Source of the DNA: Candidatus Omnitrophota bacterium
GTDB lineage: Bacteria; Omnitrophota; Gorgyraeia; Zapsychrales; Zapsychraceae
Assembly: GCA_028280285.1 (NCBI GenBank)
Contig: JANQMA010000026.1
Location: 64,822 to 128,821, forward strand
Length of the DNA stretch: 64,000 nucleotides
Direction: 5' to 3'
In this document: one piece after another, positions 47,874 to 56,899 of the stretch
Layout of the letters: each line of letters opens with the position of its first letter
Position numbering within the stretch: position 1 is the stretch's first letter
Notes under the pieces: generated by a model
The model's input: only the letters and a program-made list of their open reading frames with translations
Told to the model about the DNA's origin: nothing
Database searches by the model: none
Program-made: the position numbers and the translations under genes

Positions 47874-48946
47874 TTGATATTAAGTATGGTTGCGGCCGTT
47901 AAGCCGATAACATTCGGTGCCCACATAATATAGTAGGCGCTCATGATTCCTTCGCGGGCCAGGGCTTCGGCTCCTATGGTCAAAAGATAATACGTCGAGC
48001 CGCAAATAAAGGCCACGACGACATTGGCAGACTTCTCCCGTTTATTAGTAATAACGGCAATCGGAAAACCAAGCAGGATAAAAACAATGGGTGATAAGGA
48101 AATGGTTATTTTACGCATGTATTCTGTTTCATAGCGGTGTGTATCTACCAGAAGTACTTTAAGCTTTTCGATTTCTTTTTCTAATTCTTTAAGCGTCATG
48201 CTCTTTGGTTTTTTCTGCAGTTTTTTCTTATCCTTATTTAAATCAAGCGTCATGAAATAGTTTTTGAAATTCAGTTTATAGAAGCTGCTGCCGTCATTCA
48301 TGTTGGGCTCATCGGAAGTTCCGTCCATGAGTTTGAGTTTGATTTGATCGGTACCGGGGATATGGGTAAACTCACCTTTTTTGGCAATGATGGTGCGTGT
48401 CGGTCCGTTTTCTTTCGGCTGGTATATGGTGATATTTTCCATCTTGCTGCCGTCGATCTTATGGATAAAGACAACTTGTCCTTGAAAGGCGTGGATGAAT
48501 ACGCCGGCTTCAAGCATGGCGGTTGGGTTTTGAACGCCGATATTTTTAAGCAGTTTATGGCGCGCGTGATGAGCGTAGGGAATCAGTTTATCGTTTAAGA
48601 TCAGCGCAAAAAGACTCATAATAATACTGAGTGTTACAAGCGGAATGAGAAGTTTAAGAATATGAAAACCACTGGCCCGAAGCGCCAGGATTTCATTGTC
48701 GGTGGACATCCGGCTGAAGGCAACAATAACGGCAAAAAGCGTTGCGATCGGAAGTGTATAGCCGAGTAAAAGGGGTATGGAAAGGACAAAAGCCTGGCTA
48801 ACAACGGAGACCGGCACACCTTTGTTGATCACAAGGTTCGCCAGATTAATCAGATTTCCCAGAAGAAAGACAGAAGTCAGGACCGTAAGCGCAATAATAA
48901 AGGGAAGAAAGCATTCTTTAAGAATGTAGTTACGGATAATGCGCAT
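47861..48946 (-). CDS. lptF: LPS export ABC permease LptF
   Basis: RMSTDNEILALRASG, WAPN. Confidence 0.87.
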   Translation of the reverse strand: MRIIRNYILKECFLPFIIALTVLTSVFLLGNLINLANLVINKGVPVSVVSQAFVLSIPLLLGYTLPIATLFAVIVAFSRMSTDNEILALRASGFHILKLLIPLVTLSIIMSLFALILNDKLIPYAHHARHKLLKNIGVQNPTAMLEAGVFIHAFQGQVVFIHKIDGSKMENITIYQPKENGPTRTIIAKKGEFTHIPGTDQIKLKLMDGTSDEPNMNDGSSFYKLNFKNYFMTLDLNKDKKKLQKKPKSMTLKELEKEIEKLKVLLVDTHRYETEYMRKITISLSPIVFILLGFPIAVITNKREKSANVVVAFICGSTYYLLTIGAEALAREGIMSAYYIMWAPNVIGLTAATILNIKCAS

Positions 48947-48952
48947 AAAAAA

Positions 48953-49681
48953 TTAGGTTGCGATCGCCAGGCAAAATACGCCGACTTGCTTGGCCCCGTT
49001 AAGTTTAAGTGTTTTAGCTGCCTCAGACGCTGTTGCTCCGGTTGTGAGTAAATCATCAATCAACAGAATGGATTTGCCGCAAACGCCATCGGGGTGCCTT
49101 ATTTTAAAAGCCCCCTGTATGTTTGTAAAGCGTTCTTTTTTATCTAATTGCGCATGATTCTGGGTGTTTTTCTTCTTGATGAGGTTATTTTTACTAATAT
49201 TAATATTATATTTCTTTTTTATTTCCAGAGCCAGCAGCTCTGCCTGATTATAGCCACGCTCACGGTGCTTGCTTGGAAAAAGCGGGATGGGCATAAGCAG
49301 ATCAAATTGGTCAATATCCAGTTTATAGTGTGTGAGAAATTCCTGCATGCAGTAGCCAAAGAGCTTGCGCAGTCCCGTTTTTTGACGGTATTTAAAGCCG
49401 TGGATCAGTTCGCGCAGCCGTCCGTGAAAATGGCACGCGCACCAGGCAAAGTCAAAGTCCGGGTTTTGTTTTTGGCAGATACAGTTTTGGTTGTGCGTCC
49501 CGCGGCGATGTATGTGGCGCATGCACTTGGCGCAAAACGGCGGATGATTGAAGCGAATAAATTGTTGAAAGGCCGGGCAGCAATCTTTATGGGGATGAGG
49601 CTCTGCGCTATATTTCGCGCAAACAGGGCAGATCGGGGGGTAGACCAAATCGCATAGTCCATGCCATAAGGCCGTGATCAT
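48953..49681 (-). CDS. comF: ComF family protein
   Basis: YPPICPVC, RERGYNQA, LIDDLLTTGAT. Confidence 0.92.
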   Translation of the reverse strand: MITALWHGLCDLVYPPICPVCAKYSAEPHPHKDCCPAFQQFIRFNHPPFCAKCMRHIHRRGTHNQNCICQKQNPDFDFAWCACHFHGRLRELIHGFKYRQKTGLRKLFGYCMQEFLTHYKLDIDQFDLLMPIPLFPSKHRERGYNQAELLALEIKKKYNINISKNNLIKKKNTQNHAQLDKKERFTNIQGAFKIRHPDGVCGKSILLIDDLLTTGATASEAAKTLKLNGAKQVGVFCLAIAT

Positions 49682-49734
49682 AAAAAGACTTTAACACAGT
49701 CTTGGGCCACCGTCAAATTTGAGGATGTTGGAAT

Positions 49735-49762
49735 TTGCATCGCAGGCTTTTCGATGTATAAT
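49735..49762 (+). promoter_or_regulatory. Putative sigma70 promoter
   Basis: TTGCAT-16 nt-TATAAT in divergent gap. Confidence 0.6.
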
Positions 49763-49786
49763 ATGGGCAGTATTTAAATAGACAGC

Positions 49787-49857
49787 GATGCTCGTTGCTA
49801 GATGCTGGTTGCTAGGCTCCACGAGCGACTAGCATCGAGGATCTAGCATCCAAAATC
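49787..49857. repeat. Heptamer-unit inverted repeat, GWTGCTA family
   Basis: gatgctc-gttgcta-gatgctg-gttgcta ... gagcgac-tagcatc-gaggatc-tagcatc-caaaatc. Confidence 0.9.
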
Positions 49858-49874
49858 TAAGAATTGGTCATAAT

Positions 49875-50186
49875 ATGAAAAGACTACTGCTTTTAGCTTG
49901 TTTTATCTTTGTTTCTGCCGCTCCTGCAGCCTCCTTTTTGTATGAAATCAAGATGTCTTCCACGGAGGAAATTAAGGCCATGAATGACAAGGCCTTGACC
50001 GATGCCTATATTGAGGCCAAGATTGAAGAAAAGGCCAGCCGTGAATTTGTGGAGGCCGCCGGGTTTAATTCCGCTAAAGATTATGGTAACCGGAAAAAAC
50101 TTTTGCGTTACATATTTGATTTGCGGCGCGAAATCGGCACGCGGGCATCGATTAATATCGATGATATTGATAAGTATTTGGAGTAA
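49875..50186 (+). CDS. Small exported hypothetical protein
   Basis: Signal peptide MKRLLLLACFIFVSAAPAAS. Confidence 0.7.
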   Translation: MKRLLLLACFIFVSAAPAASFLYEIKMSSTEEIKAMNDKALTDAYIEAKIEEKASREFVEAAGFNSAKDYGNRKKLLRYIFDLRREIGTRASINIDDIDKYLE

Positions 50187-50245
50187 TAATTAAGGGGACA
50201 CAATACTTAATTAAAAAATAATTAAGTATTGTGTCCCCTTAATTA
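50187..50245. repeat. Perfect 27-bp inverted repeat of the GGGGACA family
   Basis: taattaaggggacacaatacttaatta-aaaaa-taattaagtattgtgtccccttaatta. Confidence 0.95.
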
Positions 50246-50267
50246 CGAAAAATAGAAAGAAGGACGC

Positions 50268-50822
50268 ATGAGTATTGAAGAACAAAAAAAAAGGCTTCTG
50301 GAAATTATCAAAACAACAGCCTATTTTCGTGAAAAAATTGTATTATCATCGGGGAAAGAGAGTGACTATTACGTTGACGCGCGTTTGGTGACGCTGACAC
50401 CCGAGGGTGTGTCGCTTACCGCCAGTTTGATGCTTGACCTTGTCAAAGATGATGCTATTGATGCGATCGGTGGTCCGACGCTCGGTGCCGATCCGATGAT
50501 CGGCGCACTTGGTGTCATTAGCCTTCAGAACGGACGACCGTTGAATAATTTTATTATCCGCAAAGAACCGAAGGGGCATGGCCGCGGACGCATGGTCGAA
50601 GGGCCTGCAATAAAAGAAGGAAGCAAGGTGGTGATTGTCGACGATGTCGCTACCACCGGCAAGGCCTTTTTGCATTCTCTGGATGTGATGAAAGAGATGA
50701 ATGTTGAGGTTGTTAAATGTGTGGCGATTGTTGATCGCGAAGAAGGCGCGGCTGAGGCTATAGCCGCTAAAGGCAGTCAATTAGTTTCAATATTTAAAGC
50801 AACAGATATTCATGTGAAGTAG
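50268..50822 (+). CDS. pyrE: Orotate phosphoribosyltransferase
   Basis: LSSGKESDYYVD, RKEPKGHG, VDDVATTG, VDREEG. Confidence 0.95.
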   Translation: MSIEEQKKRLLEIIKTTAYFREKIVLSSGKESDYYVDARLVTLTPEGVSLTASLMLDLVKDDAIDAIGGPTLGADPMIGALGVISLQNGRPLNNFIIRKEPKGHGRGRMVEGPAIKEGSKVVIVDDVATTGKAFLHSLDVMKEMNVEVVKCVAIVDREEGAAEAIAAKGSQLVSIFKATDIHVK

Positions 50823-50836
50823 CGAATAAACAAACA

Positions 50837-50900
50837 GTTGCTCGTTGCTAGATGCTAGTCGCTCGTGGATGCTAGCAACCAGCAACAAGCAACCAGCAAC
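50837..50900. repeat. Heptamer-unit inverted repeat, GWTGCTA family
   Basis: gttgctc-gttgcta-gatgcta-gtcgctc ... tagcaac-cagcaac-aagcaac-cagcaac. Confidence 0.92.
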
Positions 50901-50903
50901 TAA

Positions 50904-52235
50904 ATGAAAAAGATAATCCTCGCCTCCAACTCGGCCCAACGCAAAAATCTGCTTAAGATGACGGGTCTTGCTTTTACGGTCAAACCATCTAATGTTGAAG
51001 AAGACAAAGTTATTACCTCCACATGTGCCGCGCTTGTGAAAAAGAATGCGTTTCTTAAAGCCCGGGATATCGCCTCGCGGCTTAAAGACGGTATTGTGAT
51101 TGGTTCTGACACAGTTGTTTATTTAGGGAAGAAAAAAATTATTCTCAAACCAAAAACGCTTAAACAAGCTAAAAGTGATCTGAAAAAGTTAATGGTGCGC
51201 CCTCAATGGGTGTATTCGGGGGTGGCCGTCATCAATGCCAAAACAGGACGCACACTCATCGATTATGAAAAGACAAAAGTGTTTATGAATAAGTTGAGTG
51301 ATAAAGAAATTAAAGCCTATCACAGAAAAGTTAATCCGCTGGATAAGGCCGGTGGGTTTGATATCGAGGGGCTTGGGAGTTTATTTATTCATCGTGTGGA
51401 AGGATGTTACACGAATGTCATTGGCATGCCGATGGCGAAATTAAAAAAGATGCTCGCCAAGTTTGGCGTCAGTATTTTAAGTGTGTTATTGGTGGTAACG
51501 GCCGGTGGATGCACGTCTGAGTTTAATCTGGCAACTAATCAGCAGGAATATCATATGTATAGCACGGCTAGAGAAGTTAAGATGGGGGCCAAGGTGGCCG
51601 CAAAGATTAATGAGAAGTTGGATCTTTATCATGGCGTTGAAGAGGATGAACGTGTGCGTGAGATCCTTGACCGTATCGTCGCGGTGTGTGACCGTCGGGA
51701 TATCCTTTATCATATCAAGATCATTGATGAAGATGTGGTCAATGCCTTTGCGCTTCCCGGAGGTTTTATTTATGTGTTTAAAGGCTTGATTGATGAGGCA
51801 GACACGGATGATGAGTTAGCCAGTGTTATTGCCCATGAAGTTGCTCATATAACAGCCCGGCATAATGTTAAGCGCCTGCAGGCCTCTTACGGGGCGATGT
51901 TGACTCAAATTGCTGCAACGAGTGTTGAACATCAAGGCTCAGCCGGTGCGGTGAGCTTTGCGATTGCGTCGATGATGAGCACTTATTCACAGGAAGCCGA
52001 GCATGAGGCCGATAGGTTATCGGTCAAATATCTGAAGGCAGCCGGCTATAATCCCAATGCCGCAGCTGATTTTCTGGAAAAGTTGAAAAAGAAAAACGAA
52101 GAGGCGGGTCCTCGCCGCTTTAGTTACTTTAAAACACATCCTAATACGGCGCGTCGTATCGGCGTTGTCCGTCAAGAAATTACCGGGCAACTTAATTTCC
52201 GCGATTATCTTAATATAACCGAAAATGAATATTAG
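50904..52235 (+). CDS. Maf nucleotide pyrophosphatase fused to M48 metallopeptidase
   Basis: IILASNS..R, GSDTVV, DKAGG, NVIGMP; hydrophobic stretch ending AGGC; NAFALPGG, AHEVAH, EHEAD, THP. Confidence 0.85.
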   Translation: MKKIILASNSAQRKNLLKMTGLAFTVKPSNVEEDKVITSTCAALVKKNAFLKARDIASRLKDGIVIGSDTVVYLGKKKIILKPKTLKQAKSDLKKLMVRPQWVYSGVAVINAKTGRTLIDYEKTKVFMNKLSDKEIKAYHRKVNPLDKAGGFDIEGLGSLFIHRVEGCYTNVIGMPMAKLKKMLAKFGVSILSVLLVVTAGGCTSEFNLATNQQEYHMYSTAREVKMGAKVAAKINEKLDLYHGVEEDERVREILDRIVAVCDRRDILYHIKIIDEDVVNAFALPGGFIYVFKGLIDEADTDDELASVIAHEVAHITARHNVKRLQASYGAMLTQIAATSVEHQGSAGAVSFAIASMMSTYSQEAEHEADRLSVKYLKAAGYNPNAAADFLEKLKKKNEEAGPRRFSYFKTHPNTARRIGVVRQEITGQLNFRDYLNITENEY

Positions 52236-52662
52236 AATCCTATTTTGTTTGGTGTGTGTCTTTTTGTCTTTTGGATGTTCGGCCCAGGCGCGTGACCAAG
52301 TGTGTATGAAAACGTATTGTTTTGATGTTGAGGTGATGCGCACAGCCGAGGAGCAAAGCCGCGGTATGCAGAATCGTGCACAAATAACCGAGAATGAAGG
52401 CATGTTGTTTGTGTTTAATTATGATGGCAGACATTCTTTTTGGATGAAGAATACACTAATCGCGCTTGATATGATCTGGATCGACCGCAATAATAAAGTT
52501 GTGACGATTGTCAAACAAGCCGGACCTTGCCTATCAGAGCGTTGTCCTGTTTTTAAACCTGAAAAAAAAGCGCGGTATGTTTTAGAAATTGGTGGCGGCT
52601 TAAGCGACAAGCTTGGCATTACTGTTGGCGATGATGTCGTTATGCGAATTATTGACAAATAA
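52225..52662 (+). CDS. DUF192 family protein
   Basis: GMLFVF, FWMKNT.IALDMIWI, YVLEI. Confidence 0.9.
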   Translation: MNIRILFCLVCVFLSFGCSAQARDQVCMKTYCFDVEVMRTAEEQSRGMQNRAQITENEGMLFVFNYDGRHSFWMKNTLIALDMIWIDRNNKVVTIVKQAGPCLSERCPVFKPEKKARYVLEIGGGLSDKLGITVGDDVVMRIIDK

Positions 52663-52709
52663 CCGCAACAAGCACCGGGTGCCTGGGCACCCGGTGCTTG
52701 TTGCGGTTA
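52660..52709. repeat. Perfect 24-bp inverted repeat starting at the stop codon
   Basis: taaccgcaacaagcaccgggtgcc-tg-ggcacccggtgcttgttgcggtta. Confidence 0.93.
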
Positions 52710-52787
52710 AATAGAAAAATGATTGATAAGAGGACACTTTTTTATTACATTAACTTTGGGCATAACAATAAAACGAGGGTGACGTAA

Positions 52788-53219
52788 ATGAAACCGGTTA
52801 ATATACTTTTGGCAGAAGACAGCCCTACTGATGTGAAGATCATTGAATGGGTGCTGGAGAAAGAACTTCCGGAAAGACATTTATTTAAGGTAGGTGATGG
52901 CCAACAGGCCCTCGATTTTATTTTTCATACAGGTGATTATGAGGGTAAGGAAGATAAGGCGCCAACACCGGATTTGATTCTGCTTGATATAACAATGCCG
53001 AAAGTGGATGGTATTGAAGTGCTTAGAAAGGTTAAAGCCGACCAACGGTTTTGTGATATCCATGTGGTTATCTTAACTCATTCTCAGGATGAAGAAGATT
53101 TAAACAAGAGCTTTGAGCATGGCGCTGTTAGCTTTGTCCGCAAGACAGAAACCTACGAAGAGCTTCATAGTGTTCTTGAATTATTCCGTTCGTATTGGAC
53201 GGATAAACATGGTGATTAA
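52788..53219 (+). CDS. Single-domain response regulator (Rcp1-like)
   Basis: ILLAEDS, PDLILLDITMPKVDG, VILT, FVRK. Confidence 0.92.
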   Translation: MKPVNILLAEDSPTDVKIIEWVLEKELPERHLFKVGDGQQALDFIFHTGDYEGKEDKAPTPDLILLDITMPKVDGIEVLRKVKADQRFCDIHVVILTHSQDEEDLNKSFEHGAVSFVRKTETYEELHSVLELFRSYWTDKHGD

Positions 53220-53222
53220 AAT

Positions 53223-53291
53223 AAAAAAGCCGTAGGCCATAAGCTGTAAGCCATATGATATGGCTTACAGCTTATGGCCTACTGCTTTTTT
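53223..53291. terminator. Bidirectional terminator-like hairpin built from heptamer units
   Basis: A6-gccgtag-gccataa-gctgtaa-gccatat ... atatggc-ttacagc-ttatggc-ctactgc-T6 between convergent genes. Confidence 0.85.
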
Positions 53292-53312
53292 GTCCTGATT
53301 TCTAATCTCTAC

Positions 53313-53525
53313 TTAGTCGCAGCAAAGTACGTCATGTGGACGGATCGTTTTACGGCCGTTCGCTTCGCAACGTAATTGCGCTTGTTCAACCAGCCAGTAA
53401 ACATATTTGTTGATTGCATCAAGTGTATCGCCAGAAACGTTAAATGTTTTTTTGCCGCTTCCTTTAAGGGCTTCTTTTGTCTTTGATCCAACGATTAACA
53501 TATCCATTTTTTTCCCTTTTGCCAT
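53313..53525 (-). CDS. Bacterial histone-fold protein (Bd0055/HBb-like), 70 aa
   Basis: LIVGSKTKEALK, NVSGDTLDAIN, ANGRKTIRPHD; AAGGAG RBS before ATG at 53525. Confidence 0.85.
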   Translation of the reverse strand: MAKGKKMDMLIVGSKTKEALKGSGKKTFNVSGDTLDAINKYVYWLVEQAQLRCEANGRKTIRPHDVLCCD

Positions 53526-53535
53526 TTTGTTCTCC

Positions 53536-55347
<1,812 letters not shown>

Positions 55348-55372
55348 GAGTTAGTCCTTTTACTGCGTATAT

Positions 55373-55425
55373 TGTTTAATGTTTAGAGTTTAATGTTTTA
55401 AACAATAAACATTAAATTTTAAACA
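55373..55425. repeat. Heptamer-unit inverted repeat, TGTTTAW family
   Basis: tgtttaa-tgtttag-agtttaa-tgtt ... ttaaaca-ataaaca-ttaaatt-ttaaaca. Confidence 0.85.
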
Positions 55426-55444
55426 AATTTTTCTATTTCTATTG

Positions 55445-56740
55445 CTACGTTACTTCGATTTTTTGCTCAAGCGCTGTACAAATAAACCGCAAGAACCGTG
55501 CTGCATCAGCACCATCAATAATGCGGTGATCATACGATAAACACAAAGGAAGTTTAAGCCGCGGTTCAAACTTGTCCCCATTCCATGTTGGCTCAAAGCC
55601 GCCGCGTGAAACACCGAGGATAGAAACTTCCGGCCAATTCACAATCGGTGTAAAAGCGTGTCCGCCGATGCCACCGAGATTAGTGACGGTAATGCTTCCG
55701 CCTTGTAAATCATTGGGTAAAACTTTGCGGTCGCGTGCTTTTTGCGCAACGCCCGTTAAATCATCGGTGATCGCCACGATGCCTTTTTGATCGACATCAC
55801 GCAGAACAGGAACAAGGAGACCGTTCGGTGTATCGACCGCCACACCGATATTGACATATTGTTTGAATATAATTTCATTGCTATCCGTATCAATACTGCA
55901 ATTAAACTGTGGAAATTCTTTTAGTGCATCGGCTAACACTTTAATCAAAAACGACGTCACGGTTATTTTGCGCTCAGGTGTTGAGACTTCTTTACGATAT
56001 TTATCTAAATCGGTAACATCCGCCTTATCAAATTGGGTGACGTGAGGGATGGTTTCCCAGCAATGTGCCATGTGATCTTTGGTCACTTGGCGGATCTTGG
56101 ACATCTTTTCACGTTTAACCGCGCCGAATTTGGTGAAATCAGGAAGCGGCTTAGTTTGCTTAACGGCACCACCACCGGATAAGACGATTTGTTTAGTAAA
56201 GGCTTTAACATCGTCTTTAGAAATGCGTCCGCCCGGACCGGTGCCGGGGACTTGCGAAAGATTAATGCCGAGCTCGCGGGCCAGACGTCTTACTGCCGGT
56301 GAAGCGGCGACATCGCCTTGGGCCGGGATAGCGTGATTGGGAAGAGGTGTGCGTGCGCTAACTGTTGCCGTTTGTGCTGCGGCCGCGGCCGGTTGCGGTG
56401 CGCTCGTCGGTGCCGGCGCTGGCGCCGCAGGAGCCGGTGCAGGAGCTTTTTTTGCTTCCGGTTTTTTTTCTTCAGCCGGTGCCGGTGCAGATGCAGCACC
56501 ACTTCCGCTCTCCTCAATGCGCATAACAACCGCCCCGATGTCAACCTCATCACCTTCATTAACCAAAATTGCGCGGACAACACCATCGCACGGGGCCGGG
56601 ACAGGAAGGGAGGCCTTATCTGTCTCTACTTCCAGGAGGTCTTGGTTTGCGGTGATCGTGTCACCGACTTTGACCAAAACGCCAATCACTGTTCCTGATG
56701 TTATGCCTTCGCCAACTTCTGGCAATGTGAAATCTAACAT
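55445..56740 (-). CDS. aceF: Pyruvate dehydrogenase E2
   Basis: Lipoyl ETDKA, ASPAVRRLARELG, DHRIIDGA. Confidence 0.95.
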   Translation of the reverse strand: MLDFTLPEVGEGITSGTVIGVLVKVGDTITANQDLLEVETDKASLPVPAPCDGVVRAILVNEGDEVDIGAVVMRIEESGSGAASAPAPAEEKKPEAKKAPAPAPAAPAPAPTSAPQPAAAAAQTATVSARTPLPNHAIPAQGDVAASPAVRRLARELGINLSQVPGTGPGGRISKDDVKAFTKQIVLSGGGAVKQTKPLPDFTKFGAVKREKMSKIRQVTKDHMAHCWETIPHVTQFDKADVTDLDKYRKEVSTPERKITVTSFLIKVLADALKEFPQFNCSIDTDSNEIIFKQYVNIGVAVDTPNGLLVPVLRDVDQKGIVAITDDLTGVAQKARDRKVLPNDLQGGSITVTNLGGIGGHAFTPIVNWPEVSILGVSRGGFEPTWNGDKFEPRLKLPLCLSYDHRIIDGADAARFLRFICTALEQKIEVT

Positions 56741-56766
56741 GATTTAAAGATCCTATTCTTTAAAAT

Positions 56767-56886
56767 AGTGATAAAGTGATACAGTGATAGTAGTGGTAGT
56801 TAAAACTTTAATTTTTAAACATAAAGAGGCTTGAGTTTTACTATGAATATTGTTTTATCACTCAAGCACTTTATCACTTTAGCACT
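56767..56886. repeat. Octamer-unit inverted repeat
   Basis: agtgataa-agtgatac-agtgatag ... ttatcact-caagcact-ttatcact-ttagcact. Confidence 0.85.
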
Positions 56887-56899
56887 TTTAACGATTAAT

